A stretch of DNA of 64,000 bases from contig JBFGLM010000017.1 of the NCBI GenBank assembly GCA_041576165.1, positions 1-64,000 of the forward strand. The letters are read 5' to 3'. This document shows, one piece after another, positions 37,074-47,804 of this stretch. Numbering within the stretch: position 1 is the first letter of the stretch; the number at the start of each line of letters is the position of its first letter. This stretch comes from Acidimicrobiia bacterium. Lineage in GTDB: Bacteria; Actinomycetota; Acidimicrobiia; Spongiisociales; Spongiisociaceae. Position numbers and translations under genes: made by a program. A model generated the notes under the pieces. That model ran no database searches and had not been told where the DNA came from. It worked only from the letters and a program-made list of their open reading frames with translations.

Positions 37074-38105
37074 TCAGGCGGCATCCGGCTCGGCGAAGTG
37101 ACATGCCACCCAGTGGCCGGGGTCGATCTCCCGCCACTCGGGATCGACATCGATGCAGAGCTCCTGCGCCATCGGGCAGCGAGTGTTGAACGGGCAACCC
37201 GGGGGCGGATTGGCCGGACTGGGAATGTCACCCTCCAGGATCACGTGCTCTCGGGTCGCCTCGACAACCGGGTCGGGCACCGGGACGGCTGATTCGAGCG
37301 CCTGGGTGTACGGGTGCTTTGGATTGTTGTAGAGGTCGTCCACCGAGGCCAGCTCGACGATGTGGCCCAGGTACATGACCGCCACCCGGTCGGCGATGTG
37401 CCGCACCATGCTCAAGTCGTGGGAGATGAACAGATAGGTGAGACCGAGAACGTCCTGCAAGTTCTCCAAGAGGTTGACCACCTGGGCCTGAATCGATACG
37501 TCCAGCGCAGCGATGGGTTCGTCGCAGACGATGAAATCCGGGTTGAGGGCGATCGCCCGGGCCACCCCGATCCGCTGCCGTTGGCCGCCCGAGAACTCAT
37601 GGGGATAGCGATTGGCATGGGTCGGGTCGAGTCCCACCAGGCTGAGCAGCTCTGCGATACGCTCCCGACGTTCCTGGCCCTTGTACGCCTTGTGTTCGGT
37701 GAGCGGCTCACCGATGATCGAGGCAACCGTCATCCTCGGGTTCAACGAGGCATGCGGGTCCTGGAAGACCATCTGCATCCGCGGCCGCAGCTTGCGCAGC
37801 CGCTCACCCTTCAACGCGGTTAGTTCCTCGCCCTCGAACGTCACAGTGCCCTCAGTGGCGTGGTCGAGCTGCAGTATCACCCGGCCGGTCGTGGACTTGC
37901 CAGAACCGCTCTCACCCACCAGTCCCAGCGTCTCCCCCCGGTAGATATCGAACGTGACCCCGTCGACGGCCTTGACCGCGCCGACCTGGCGCCGGAACAG
38001 ACCCTTCATGATCGGGAAGTGCTTTCGGAGATCTGTGACGCTGATCAGCACCTCGCGTTCGGGCAGTGGGGCGACGCCCGGTTCGGTCCTGGCGTCAGCC
38101 ACCAT
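37074..38105 (-). CDS. Peptide ABC transporter ATP-binding protein (OppF/DppF)
   Basis: [16 protein letters not shown] and [20 protein letters not shown] motifs. Confidence 0.94.
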   Translation of the reverse strand: MVADARTEPGVAPLPEREVLISVTDLRKHFPIMKGLFRRQVGAVKAVDGVTFDIYRGETLGLVGESGSGKSTTGRVILQLDHATEGTVTFEGEELTALKGERLRKLRPRMQMVFQDPHASLNPRMTVASIIGEPLTEHKAYKGQERRERIAELLSLVGLDPTHANRYPHEFSGGQRQRIGVARAIALNPDFIVCDEPIAALDVSIQAQVVNLLENLQDVLGLTYLFISHDLSMVRHIADRVAVMYLGHIVELASVDDLYNNPKHPYTQALESAVPVPDPVVEATREHVILEGDIPSPANPPPGCPFNTRCPMAQELCIDVDPEWREIDPGHWVACHFAEPDAA

Positions 38106-39096
38106 TTCGGGGCCTCCCTGTGCGGGTATCCCACCAACACGCGGCTCTGTGCTCCTGGCCAACCAGCTGGAGTTTCGGCACTTCGGCCCAGCAGCGGTCG
38201 AATGCATAAGGACAGCGAGGAGCAAACGAGCAGCCGCTGGGGGGCGCGTACATGCTGGGCGGCTGGCCCTTGATGTTGACGAGTTCCTGGCCTTTCTGGT
38301 CCAGTCGGGGCAGCGATTGGAGCAGGCCCTGGGTGTATGGGTGCTCGGGATTCCCGTATAGGTCTCTGACCCGAGCCTCTTCGACGATCTGGCCGCCATA
38401 CATCACGATGACGCGGTCGGCGAGACCCGCCACCACTCCCAGATCGTGGGTGATCCAGATCACCGCCGTGCCTAATTGCTCGCGCAGATCCTTCACAATC
38501 TCGATGATCTGCGCCTGGATGGTCACGTCGAGGGCGGTGGTCGGCTCGTCGGCAATGATGACCTGAGGTGAGCAAGCCAGCGCCACAGCAATCATGACCC
38601 GCTGGCGCATGCCGCCCGAGAGCTCATGTGGATACGCTTTCAGGCGCTGCTTGGCATCGGGAATGCCGACGACGTTCAGCAACTCCTCTGCCCGGGCTTT
38701 CGCTCCGGCCGACGGCACCCTGCCATGAATCCGCAACGACTCGGTGATCTGGTAGCCGACAGTGAGAACCGGATTCAGCGACGTCATCGGATCCTGGAAG
38801 ATGAAGCCGATCTGGCCGCCCCGCACCCTGCGAAGGTCGTCCATGTCGAGTGCAAGGAGATCCTGGCCGCCAAAATGGGCTTCACCGCTCACGATCTCGC
38901 CGGGGGGCATGGGGATGAGGCGAAGCAACGACATCATAGTGACGCTCTTGCCCGAACCGCTCTCCCCCACGACGCCCAGGAATTCACCACGGTTGAGTGT
39001 GAAGCTCACGCCGTTGACGGCGTGCACGACCCCATCCTGGGTGTCGAACTGTGTCGTGAGACCCGATACTTCGAGGACGGGTTGTTTCTCGCTCAC
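38095..39096 (-). CDS. Peptide ABC transporter ATP-binding protein (OppD/DppD)
   Basis: [24 protein letters not shown] and GCSFAPRCP motifs. Confidence 0.94.
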   Translation of the reverse strand: MSEKQPVLEVSGLTTQFDTQDGVVHAVNGVSFTLNRGEFLGVVGESGSGKSVTMMSLLRLIPMPPGEIVSGEAHFGGQDLLALDMDDLRRVRGGQIGFIFQDPMTSLNPVLTVGYQITESLRIHGRVPSAGAKARAEELLNVVGIPDAKQRLKAYPHELSGGMRQRVMIAVALACSPQVIIADEPTTALDVTIQAQIIEIVKDLREQLGTAVIWITHDLGVVAGLADRVIVMYGGQIVEEARVRDLYGNPEHPYTQGLLQSLPRLDQKGQELVNIKGQPPSMYAPPSGCSFAPRCPYAFDRCWAEVPKLQLVGQEHRAACWWDTRTGRPRNGG

Positions 39097-39192
39097 AGGT
39101 CTTCCGGTCGTTGCGGTTGACGATGCTGATCAGGACAATAACGCGTCGTCGGGGCTGAAGGTATCGCAGCAGGGGCGTTCCCACCCGGGCGC

Positions 39193-40332
39193 TCAGAGCT
39201 CATCCCACACCTGTTTCTGCGCCATGTCGATGATCGTGTAGGCCATGGCGAGCGCTCCGTCGCGGATCGCCTGCTCCCCGGATGGTGTGACGGTGGCGTC
39301 GGCGAACTCCTTCTGATGGTTCACGGCCCCGGCCGAGTCGATGCCGAGCATCGGATGAATGGACGGAACGACCTGGCTCACGTTGCCCATGTCTGATGAC
39401 CCGCCCGCCGCGCCGGTTTCCCGCTCAGTCGGGATTTGCCGGCCCAGCTCGGCGGCATTGTCGGCAAAGAGCTGGGTCATCACAGGGTTGTTGACCATGT
39501 TGAGGTAGGGATGATCGATAGGCTCGACTTCGAGCCGACAGCCCGACGCAGTGGCAGCCCCCTCCCAGCACGCTTTCACCTTGGGCACCAGCTGCTCGAG
39601 CCGTGCCGGGTCGCCCGACCGGATCCCCCAGGTGGACCTGGTGTAGGAGGGGATGACATTTGAGGCGTCTCCGCCATGATCGACAATGCAGTGGACCCGA
39701 TCGGTGGGGAGGAGGGATTGACGGAGGGCGGCCACGTTCACGTAGGCCTGCACGAACGCGTCGAGGGCATTGATACCAGCATGAGGGGCAAAGGCGGCGT
39801 GTGACTCCTTGCCGTGATACTCGACCGAGAAGCTCTCCCTGGCCTGGAACGACGGATCTAGCTGATCGCCGGGCCCGGGATGGATCATCATCGCGGCCGC
39901 AGCATCCTCGAACGCTCCTGCATTGAGCAGCTCGACCTTGCCGCCACCGCCTTCCTCGGCCGGGGTCCCCAGCACGGTGACCCGAATCCCCATCTCGGGC
40001 GCCAGACCGGCGACGGACACCCCGGCCCCCAATGCCGCTGTGGCGATGATGTTGTGGCCGCAGGCGTGCCCGACGGCGGGGAGGGCGTCGTATTCGCAGC
40101 AGATGACGACGCGAGGGCCGGCGGTGCCGGCGGTCGCCGTAAACGCGGTCTCAAGTCCATACGCAGGATATGTAACAGCGAACCCGTTGGTGTCGAGAAA
40201 CGTGCTGAGTCGCTGCGACGCCTCGAACTCCTGGTAGCCGATTTCGGGGTTCTCATACATCCACCGCGAGATGGACCTCAGTTCGTCCTCCACCGAGCCG
40301 AACGCTGCCAGGGCCGCTGCTTTGTGGGTCAT
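39193..40332 (-). CDS. M20 family amidohydrolase (ACY1L2/PM20D2-like)
   Basis: EYDALP..GHACGHN, GTPAEEGGGGK and GSSDMGNVS motifs. Confidence 0.92.
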   Translation of the reverse strand: MTHKAAALAAFGSVEDELRSISRWMYENPEIGYQEFEASQRLSTFLDTNGFAVTYPAYGLETAFTATAGTAGPRVVICCEYDALPAVGHACGHNIIATAALGAGVSVAGLAPEMGIRVTVLGTPAEEGGGGKVELLNAGAFEDAAAAMMIHPGPGDQLDPSFQARESFSVEYHGKESHAAFAPHAGINALDAFVQAYVNVAALRQSLLPTDRVHCIVDHGGDASNVIPSYTRSTWGIRSGDPARLEQLVPKVKACWEGAATASGCRLEVEPIDHPYLNMVNNPVMTQLFADNAAELGRQIPTERETGAAGGSSDMGNVSQVVPSIHPMLGIDSAGAVNHQKEFADATVTPSGEQAIRDGALAMAYTIIDMAQKQVWDEL

Positions 40333-40419
40333 GCCGGCACGGTACTGGCTGGCTGCGCCGTCCGCCGACCGGGCCGGTGGCGGCCGGCCGATCCGGGTGC
40401 ACGGGCCCGACTGGCACGG

Positions 40420-40487
40420 GTCATCCCGGAGGATGACGTGGAATCCTCACCGAGCGGGACGACGGCGGTTGGGGCGTTCGATACGTT
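40420..40487 (+). promoter_or_regulatory. Tandem 18-bp response-regulator-like sites plus -10 upstream of the ABC exporter
   Basis: Palindrome GTCATCC-CGGA-GGATGAC (40420), ATCCTCACCGAGCGGGAC (40443), TACGTT (40482). Confidence 0.65.
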
Positions 40488-40530
40488 TCGGCTCACTTGA
40501 ACCCTCGTCCCCATGAGAAAGAAGGTAGAC

Positions 40531-41292
40531 ATGACCCAGATGCTGCAAGAAGGAGCCCGAGAGATGACCGCTGTCGCCGCGCGCGCCGAGAACGCCACGA
40601 AGATCTACGGCTACGACGAGACGCGGGTAACCGCCCTCCATGACGTGACGGTTGACTTCCTGCGCGGCGAATACTCGGCCATCATGGGTCCATCCGGCTC
40701 CGGTAAGTCAACGCTCCTGCATGTGATGGCAGGCCTCGATCAGCTGACGGAAGGCCGCGTCTTCATTGGCGATCGCGAGCTGGGCACGCTGGATGACAAG
40801 GAACTCACGCGACTCCGGCGCGACAGCGTCGGATTCGTCTTCCAGGCTTTCAACCTCGTGCCCACTCTGACGGCAGCCGAGAACATCACGTTGCCGATCG
40901 ACATTGCGGGGCGCAAGCCCGATCAGGCGTGGCTCGACCTCGTGATCGACACCGTCGGACTCCGTGACCGGCTGACCCACCGACCGATGGAGCTTTCCGG
41001 CGGCCAGCAGCAGCGGGTGGCCGCCGCCCGGGCCCTGGCCAGCCGGCCGGAGCTTATCTTCGCCGACGAACCGAGCGGCAATCTCGACTCGAAGTCGGGA
41101 GCCGAGCTGCTGGCGTTCCTGCGCCAAGCCGTGCGCGAGTTCGGCCAGACCATCGTGATGGTCACTCACGACCCGATTGCGGCCAGCTATGCCGACCGGA
41201 TCATCTTCCTCGAAGACGGACGGGTCGTCGACGAGATGCGGGAGCCCACTCCGGAGAAGGTTCTCGACATGGTCAAGACGTTGGAGGCCTGA
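40531..41292 (+). CDS. ABC transporter ATP-binding protein (LolD/MacB type)
   Basis: GPSGSGKS, LSGGQQQR, ADEPSGNLD and VTHD motifs; alternative start at 40513. Confidence 0.94.
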   Translation: MTQMLQEGAREMTAVAARAENATKIYGYDETRVTALHDVTVDFLRGEYSAIMGPSGSGKSTLLHVMAGLDQLTEGRVFIGDRELGTLDDKELTRLRRDSVGFVFQAFNLVPTLTAAENITLPIDIAGRKPDQAWLDLVIDTVGLRDRLTHRPMELSGGQQQRVAAARALASRPELIFADEPSGNLDSKSGAELLAFLRQAVREFGQTIVMVTHDPIAASYADRIIFLEDGRVVDEMREPTPEKVLDMVKTLEA

Positions 41293-41294
41293 GC

Positions 41295-43844
41295 ATGCTC
41301 AAGGCAACCCTGAAGGGCCTGCTGGCTCACAAGATCAGGCTGGCGCTCACCGCGCTGTCGATCATCCTCGGCGTGGGATTCATCTCCGGCACGTTCATAT
41401 ACACAGACACAATCGGCCGCGCCTTCGACGGGATCTTCGAAGACGCATTCGAAGGCGTCGACATCGTCGTGTCGGGACAGTCAGACTTGCAGTTCGGCGA
41501 AGGCGTCTTCCTTCCCCAGGACGATGTCGAGGCCCTGGCATCGGTCGAAGGGGTCGAATCGATCGAGCCCTACGTCCAAGGTTTCGGTGTGGTAGTGCTC
41601 GACAAGGAAGGCGAGCCGATCGGAGGTCAGGGACCGCCCCAATTCGGCGCCAACTTCGACAGCGAGGCCGAGAGTGGCGGCTTCGTTCTCCGGGAAGGTT
41701 CGCTACCGTCCGGGCCGACTGAGGTCGTGGTGGACGCCCAATCCGTGGAGACCGCCGGTTTTGCGTTGGGCGATACGGTGCAGATCGTCAGCCCGACGAC
41801 GGCCGCTACCGATTACACCCTGGTGGGTGTTGCCGGATTCGGTGAACTCGACAACCTGGGCGGAGCCACCTTCGCGCTCTTCGATCTCCCGACCATTCAG
41901 CAGTTGCTCGATCGGGAGGGACAGCTCACCGGGGCGAGCATTCAGGTCACTCCCGGCGCCGATGTGGACGGTGTGATCTCGCGCATCCAGCCGATGCTGC
42001 CTGAGAACGGAGTGGCCCAGTCGGGCCAGAGCGCAGCGGAGGAGCAGGCCGGCGAGATCCAGGAGGGTTTGGCGTTCTTCAACACGTTCCTGCTGACCTT
42101 TGGCTTCATTGCGCTGTTCGTTGGCTCGTTCATCATCACCAACACGTTCCGCATCATCGTCGCCCAGCGGACGAGGGAGCTCGCCCTGTTGCGCGCGTTG
42201 GGAGCGACCGCCGCACAGGTGAATCGGATGGTCCTCATCGAAGCGGCGGTTATGGGTTTGGTGGCATCGGTCGTGGGCATCGCCGCCGGCTTCGGTATTG
42301 CCGTCGCCTTGCGCAGCGCGCTGGAAGCTTTCGGAGTCGAGCTGCCGACGGCCACATTCACGCTGGCTCCTCGCACCGTGATCGTGGCGCTGCTGGTTGG
42401 TGTGATCATCACCTTGGTGGCCGCGATCCTGCCCGCCCGCCGGGCGTCGCGAGTCCCCCCGATGGCTGCCCTGCGCGAGGACCTCGCCACCCCGCCGCGT
42501 AAGGCCCTGACCACCAGGGCCGTGGTTGGTGCGATCGTCTCGGCTGTGGGGCTCGCGGTTCTCGCGGTGGGGTTGTTCGTCGACTTCAGCGGTGGTCCGC
42601 CCGAGATTGTCTATGTCGGGCTCGGCGCGGCGATCATCTTCATCGGGATCTCGGTCCTGAGCCCGCTCATCGCCCGGCCGGTGGCCCGTGTCATTGGTTG
42701 GCCATTCGCCCGGCTGTTCAAGGTACCCGGCAAACTGGCACAGGAAAACGCCGGGCGGGCGCCGCGCCGCACATCGGCCACCGCGGCTGCACTGATGATC
42801 GGCATCACGCTCGTCACGCTGGCGGCGGTGATGGCGGCTTCGATCCGCGGCACGGTCGACGAGATTCTCGACACCGGCGTCGAGGCCGACCTGCTCGCGA
42901 TCCCGACCAACACCTTCGATCCCACGTCGTCTTTCACGCCGGCGATTGCCGACCAGGCCGCCGCCAGTGCCGAGTTTGCCAATGTCACTCGCCTCAAAGT
43001 GGGAGCGGCCCGGGTCAACGAAAGTGAGACCTTTGTCAGCGGCGTCGAAGACACCTTTGAGGCGTTCTTTCCGCTCGATGATGGCTCCACCGGCGTTCTG
43101 ACCCTGCAGCCCGGCCAGGCCTGGGTCGAATCAGGTGCGGCCGAGAGCAACGGCTGGTCGCTGGGCGACCAAATCTCGATCACGTTCGAGGACACCGGCG
43201 AACAGAGCTTCCAGCTGGTAGGACTCCCGGTCGGGGACGCCTACGCCGGCATCATCGCCATCTCGATCGACGACTTCGTCACCAATTACGGCAGTAGCTC
43301 CGACTCGCAGGTCTACGTCCAGCTCGCGCCGGGTGTGACCATCGAAGAAGGCAAAGCCGCTCTCGAGGAGATCGCCGCCGGTGTGCCCACCGTCAACGTC
43401 CAGACCTTCGACGAGCTCCAGACCGACGCGGAGGACCAGATCAATCAGCTGTTGAATCTGATCACCGGGTTGCTGGCACTGGCTGTGATCATCGCTCTGA
43501 TCGGAGTCACCAACACCATGACGCTGTCGGTCTACGAACGAACCCGCGAGATCGGGCTGCTGCGTGCCGTCGGGCTGAGCCGGCTCCAGACCCGGCGGAT
43601 GATCCGGTCCGAGGCGTCGATCATTGCAGTGTTCGGAGCCGTCCTCGGTGTCGCCATCGGGATCTTCTTCGGATGGGCGATTCTGCAAGCCCTGCGCGAC
43701 GAAGGATTCACCGCATTCGTCATACCGTTCGGAACGGTGGTCGTATGGATCGTCGTGACCGCGATCCTGGGCATCATCTTCGCGCTCTTACCGGCCTGGC
43801 GAGCTTCCAAGCTGAACGTCCTCGAGGCTATTGCCTACGAGTGA
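41295..43844 (+). CDS. FtsX-like ABC permease (duplicated MacB-type domains)
   Basis: Two repeats, QRTRELALLRALGA and ERTREIGLLRAVG; C-terminal PAWRASKLNVLEAI. Confidence 0.93.
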   Translation: MLKATLKGLLAHKIRLALTALSIILGVGFISGTFIYTDTIGRAFDGIFEDAFEGVDIVVSGQSDLQFGEGVFLPQDDVEALASVEGVESIEPYVQGFGVVVLDKEGEPIGGQGPPQFGANFDSEAESGGFVLREGSLPSGPTEVVVDAQSVETAGFALGDTVQIVSPTTAATDYTLVGVAGFGELDNLGGATFALFDLPTIQQLLDREGQLTGASIQVTPGADVDGVISRIQPMLPENGVAQSGQSAAEEQAGEIQEGLAFFNTFLLTFGFIALFVGSFIITNTFRIIVAQRTRELALLRALGATAAQVNRMVLIEAAVMGLVASVVGIAAGFGIAVALRSALEAFGVELPTATFTLAPRTVIVALLVGVIITLVAAILPARRASRVPPMAALREDLATPPRKALTTRAVVGAIVSAVGLAVLAVGLFVDFSGGPPEIVYVGLGAAIIFIGISVLSPLIARPVARVIGWPFARLFKVPGKLAQENAGRAPRRTSATAAALMIGITLVTLAAVMAASIRGTVDEILDTGVEADLLAIPTNTFDPTSSFTPAIADQAAASAEFANVTRLKVGAARVNESETFVSGVEDTFEAFFPLDDGSTGVLTLQPGQAWVESGAAESNGWSLGDQISITFEDTGEQSFQLVGLPVGDAYAGIIAISIDDFVTNYGSSSDSQVYVQLAPGVTIEEGKAALEEIAAGVPTVNVQTFDELQTDAEDQINQLLNLITGLLALAVIIALIGVTNTMTLSVYERTREIGLLRAVGLSRLQTRRMIRSEASIIAVFGAVLGVAIGIFFGWAILQALRDEGFTAFVIPFGTVVVWIVVTAILGIIFALLPAWRASKLNVLEAIAYE

Positions 43845-43853
43845 GGCGGGCTG

Positions 43854-43882
43854 GGGTGAGGCTCCGATCTGGGGCCTCACCC
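43854..43882. terminator. Hairpin between the convergent permease and MarR genes
   Basis: gggtgaggctcc-gatct-ggggcctcaccc stem-loop. Confidence 0.6.
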
Positions 43883-43886
43883 TCCT

Positions 43887-44372
43887 TCATGGCGGAGAAG
43901 AGGAAGTCCCAGCCGGGGCGGGGCGGGCGAGATGGCCTCGCTCCCCGGCGAGCTTCCCCAGCGCATCGGCAATCACCTCGAGTTCCTCCTTGCTCAGCGC
44001 AGCAGCGAAGATTCGCTTCACACCATCCAGATGTGATGGGGCGGCCTCCCGGAGGCGCTGGAAGCCCAGATCCGTCAAGACCACGAAGGTACCGCGCCGA
44101 TCGGACGAACAGGTCTCCCGGTGTATGAGCCCGGCCGCCTGGAGCCGGTCGACAAACCGGGTAGTAGCGCTTCGCGACAGCATCAGGCGAGCAGCCAGCT
44201 GGTGCATGCGAAGGCTGCCCCCTGCCTCTTGGAGCTGTACGAGCACGTCGTACCAGGTCAGAGCCAGGTCGTGGTCGTCCTTCATTTCGGTCGTGAGCTG
44301 CGAGATCACGGCGGCATGTGCGCCCAGGAAGGCGCGCCATGCACGCATCTCGTGATCGGTCAAGCGTTCCAC
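43887..44372 (-). CDS. MarR-family transcriptional regulator
   Basis: WYDVLVQL, LSRSATTRFVDRL..GLI and DRRGTFVVLT motifs. Confidence 0.92.
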   Translation of the reverse strand: MERLTDHEMRAWRAFLGAHAAVISQLTTEMKDDHDLALTWYDVLVQLQEAGGSLRMHQLAARLMLSRSATTRFVDRLQAAGLIHRETCSSDRRGTFVVLTDLGFQRLREAAPSHLDGVKRIFAAALSKEELEVIADALGKLAGERGHLARPAPAGTSSSPP

Positions 44373-44498
44373 GGCTCCAATCGTACGGCCCGCCGGAGCC
44401 AAAGGGCTCGCAACCCGCATCAATTGCTGGGAGCGACATATGGCCCTTTCCGGCGGAGCGAGCGGAGGCGTATCCTTTGATTTGGAAAAGGGGCACCG

Positions 44499-45608
44499 GT
44501 GAGGCGCAACGCAACGCTTCGCATCTCAAGGATCGCGGCGGCGGCCGTGGTGATCGTCATCGCTTCCACAATCGGCGCGTTTGCTCTCGCAGCCGGCACC
44601 GCCTCCCTCTCGGCCGGGGCTGCGTTGCAGCAGTCCGGCTGCTGGAACTCGGTTTGGGGCACGGACAACGACGGCCACTTCTTCTCGATTCTCGCCGCCG
44701 ACGGGTGTCCCGAGTTTCGCGGTCGGGTCTTTGCCGGGGCGGTGCAGCAGGGACCGACGGTTCGCTCCGTTGGAGGAAAAGCCAAAATGACCGGCGTTGA
44801 CGCCTGCCAATTCGACACGGTTGAGGTGAAAGCCGTCGGGAGAGCCAACGAGGTGGTGTTCTACCGGTTCAAGTGGACGGCTGACCAATTGGGTTGCGAG
44901 TCCGATCCCAGCGGGCCGAGCACACGACCGCCGAGTGCTGCCCCCCGGTTCGTGGCCAACCCTTCTCGCTATTCGCCATTCCCAGGAGCGCTCCTCACCG
45001 CCGCCAAAGCCGGCAACGAATGCCGGCTGACGGTCAGCGGCGCCGGCAACCGAGACCTCGACGTGAGCCTCAACGGAATCAGAAAGCTCAGCAACGGGAC
45101 GGTCACCGCCCGTCCGTTCTTCTCGTTGTGGGTGGCACCCGAAGGCGGGGACCGGTGGACTGCCCGTGCGTTCCATGCCGCCAGTCTGACGGCCGACTGC
45201 ACAGTCGAGGTCTTCCGCACGACAGACGACCCCGCGCCCACCCAGACGCCGGCCGTTCGGTCGCCGTCGTTGGCTCCCACCCTCCGGCCGGCAACGACGA
45301 CCACAACGACCGCCGCCCGGTCCACCACTGCCGCGGCCGCCGGCGCCACGATCAGCGTGCAGATCGAGAGCCGCACGGTGCAGATACAACCGTGCGGCCG
45401 GGACACCCAGGGGCGTCAGCTGGTTTGCATTCGGGACTCACGAGGTGAATGGATCAACGTCGACTCGATCGAAGGTTTCGGGGAGTTCGAACGCATGGAC
45501 GGCAACACCGTCGTGTATGCCCTGAACGGCAACGAGCTGCGGGCGAGGATCCACACGATCGAAACCACCGAGCCGGTGCTTGTGAACGTGTTCGTCGGAC
45601 CGGGATAA
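44499..45608 (+). CDS. Hypothetical secreted protein
   Basis: Signal-peptide-like N-terminus, several Cys, Thr/Ala-rich linker before a C-terminal domain; no family recognised. Confidence 0.6.
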   Translation: MRRNATLRISRIAAAAVVIVIASTIGAFALAAGTASLSAGAALQQSGCWNSVWGTDNDGHFFSILAADGCPEFRGRVFAGAVQQGPTVRSVGGKAKMTGVDACQFDTVEVKAVGRANEVVFYRFKWTADQLGCESDPSGPSTRPPSAAPRFVANPSRYSPFPGALLTAAKAGNECRLTVSGAGNRDLDVSLNGIRKLSNGTVTARPFFSLWVAPEGGDRWTARAFHAASLTADCTVEVFRTTDDPAPTQTPAVRSPSLAPTLRPATTTTTTAARSTTAAAAGATISVQIESRTVQIQPCGRDTQGRQLVCIRDSRGEWINVDSIEGFGEFERMDGNTVVYALNGNELRARIHTIETTEPVLVNVFVGPG

Positions 45609-45641
45609 CGGCGACCGCCGGCAGGAGCCGGGGCCCAGCGG

Positions 45642-46091
45642 CTACGCGACGGGCTCGGCCTCGTCGGCAGGTTTGGCCGGCCGGGACCAAACGAAATACA
45701 CCGCGAATATTCCCACGAACCCCAATATCGAGCGGATCGTGACGCTGTCCGTCAGCAGGCCGGCCGAAAGCGCCAGTGAGAGCACGATCCCGACAGTGGC
45801 CCGGATCTTGGTGCCCCGAGTGAGGCCCCCTTCGTACCTGGCCAGCACCCGTTGCACCAGCGGGCGGCTCCGCAGCCAGGATTCGAAGCGGGGAGACGAG
45901 CGAGCGAAGAAGAACAGCGCCAGCACCACCAGATCGGCAGTCGGGATCCCCGGCAGGAACGAAAACGCGAGGCCGATCAGCGAGATCACACCCAGCAGAA
46001 AGAAGACGGCGCGCAGCAGCGGGTTCAGTGGAGCAGCGGCGCCCTCACCGGAGGTTTCGCCGGGCACTGGGAGATCGGCAGCCGCGGTCAT
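45642..46091 (-). CDS. YbaN (DUF454) family membrane protein
   Basis: LPGIPTA..LALFFFARSSPRFESWL motif. Confidence 0.85.
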   Translation of the reverse strand: MTAAADLPVPGETSGEGAAAPLNPLLRAVFFLLGVISLIGLAFSFLPGIPTADLVVLALFFFARSSPRFESWLRSRPLVQRVLARYEGGLTRGTKIRATVGIVLSLALSAGLLTDSVTIRSILGFVGIFAVYFVWSRPAKPADEAEPVA

Positions 46092-46208
46092 GCGTCCGCA
46101 CCCTATCGGGTTGGGTTCGGACAGCTAGTCGGAAACGCCCAGAGGCGATTGAGCAGGCACGACCACGGACAGATTGCAGAGTCTCCACCTTTGGTACCCT
46201 TCTCGCCC

Positions 46209-47600
46209 ATGGCGCAGCGACCGAAGACCTGGATCGCGTCCGATCGCTTCATACCCAAGAATTTCGTGCGGCCCGTGCTCGAGTTCACACACATCGAGGC
46301 GTCGTCGGGCATAGTGCTGATGGTGGCGGCCGTGGCTGCGATGTTGTGGGCGAACCTCGCATTTTTCGGCGACAGCTACGAACAGTTCTGGGCAACCCAC
46401 TTCGACTTGACCTTCGGGCCTATACACCTCGAAGAGACGATGAAGGAGCTCGTCAATGACGGCCTCATGGCGATCTTCTTCTTCGTGGTCGGCCTCGAGA
46501 TAAAACGCGAACTCGTACTGGGCGAACTGCGCGATCGCCGTACGGCAACGCTCCCGGCCATGGCTGCACTCGGGGGAATGCTCGTGCCGGCCCTCATCTA
46601 CGTGTTCATCAACGCCGGCGCAGGCGGCGAGGCGCTCAACGGGTGGGGAATCCCGATGGCCACCGACATTGCGTTCTCGCTCGGGATCCTGGCCTTGCTG
46701 GGATCGCGCGTGCCGGTGGGCGCCAAGGTGTTTCTGCTGGCACTGGCGATCGTGGACGACATCGGTGCCATAGCCGTCATCGCCATCTTCTACACCTCGG
46801 ACCTCAATCTCGGATTCCTGGCCCTCGGGCTGGGCGGGATCGTGGCCATTGCGGTAGCGACCAACATCAACATTCGTTCGAACGCGCTCTACCTTCCACT
46901 CAGCGTGTTGGTCTGGTACGCCTTCCTCGAGTCCGGAGTCCACGCGACCATTGCGGGCGTGATCATCGGTCTGCTCACCCCGGCCCGGCCGCTCTACTCG
47001 CCCGAAGAGTTCGATGCGACCGCCCGGCGGGTGCTGGACTACTACCCCACCGATTCCGCCGACCCGGGCATCAGCGAGCTGGCCGAGCATGAGGCCCGGC
47101 TGGTCGCCGACGTCGCCCGGGAGTCGATCAGTCCGCTCCAACGGGCCGCCCATGCGCTCCACAACTGGAGTTCGTTCGTGATCATTCCGATCTTCGCGCT
47201 GGCCAACGCCGGGGTGCGACTGGTAGGTGTGGATCTGGGCGCTGCGGTTTCCTCCTCGGTGTCGGTTGGTGTCATACTTGGTCTGGTATTGGGCAAGACG
47301 GGAGGGATCACGTTGTTTTCGTGGTTGGCAGTACGGCTGAGGTGGGGGGCCATGCCGCGTGGACTCACATGGATCCACCTCACCGGGGTGGCGATGCTGG
47401 CCGGTGTCGGGTTCACCGTTGCGCTGTTCATCGACGAGCTTGCCTTCACGGACGTGATGTTGAGAGATCAGGGCAAGATCGGCATCTTCGTGGCCTCGAT
47501 CATCGCCGGCCTGTTCGGCTACGTGTTTCTCCGACTTGGGGCTCGACGCGCCTTCAGGCGGGTCGAGCAGCAGGCCTCAGAACCGGCGTCGGTCGCATGA
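46209..47600 (+). CDS. nhaA: Na+/H+ antiporter NhaA
   Basis: NDGLMAIFFFVVGLEIKRE, GWGIPMATDIAF, LAIVDD, SGVHAT, FALANAG and AGVGFT motifs. Confidence 0.96.
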   Translation: MAQRPKTWIASDRFIPKNFVRPVLEFTHIEASSGIVLMVAAVAAMLWANLAFFGDSYEQFWATHFDLTFGPIHLEETMKELVNDGLMAIFFFVVGLEIKRELVLGELRDRRTATLPAMAALGGMLVPALIYVFINAGAGGEALNGWGIPMATDIAFSLGILALLGSRVPVGAKVFLLALAIVDDIGAIAVIAIFYTSDLNLGFLALGLGGIVAIAVATNINIRSNALYLPLSVLVWYAFLESGVHATIAGVIIGLLTPARPLYSPEEFDATARRVLDYYPTDSADPGISELAEHEARLVADVARESISPLQRAAHALHNWSSFVIIPIFALANAGVRLVGVDLGAAVSSSVSVGVILGLVLGKTGGITLFSWLAVRLRWGAMPRGLTWIHLTGVAMLAGVGFTVALFIDELAFTDVMLRDQGKIGIFVASIIAGLFGYVFLRLGARRAFRRVEQQASEPASVA

Positions 47601-47779
47601 ACGACCGACACTCCGGAGTCGAGCGCGAGATGCGATGCGTTGACTGCGGCGGAACGGCGCATCTCATCACGCCGCTGCCGCCGGACGACGACGTGTACCC
47701 GGGTGACGTCCTGGTCTACCGCTGCACCGACTGCCTCGAGCGATTCGATGTCGTATATGAGCCGGGCGGCGACTCATGA
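47597..47779 (+). CDS. Small zinc-ribbon-like protein (CxxC..CxxC)
   Basis: MRCVDCGGTAHL..YRCTDCLERFDVV; ATGA overlap with the nhaA stop. Confidence 0.72.
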   Translation: MNDRHSGVEREMRCVDCGGTAHLITPLPPDDDVYPGDVLVYRCTDCLERFDVVYEPGGDS

Positions 47780-47804
47780 CCTGGACGGGCCCGGCCGGCA
47801 CCCA

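Noticed and set aside
43854-43882. GGGTGA...TCACCC as a sixth regulon site
   Set aside because: Half-sites are in reversed order with the wrong spacing, between convergent genes; better explained as a terminator hairpin
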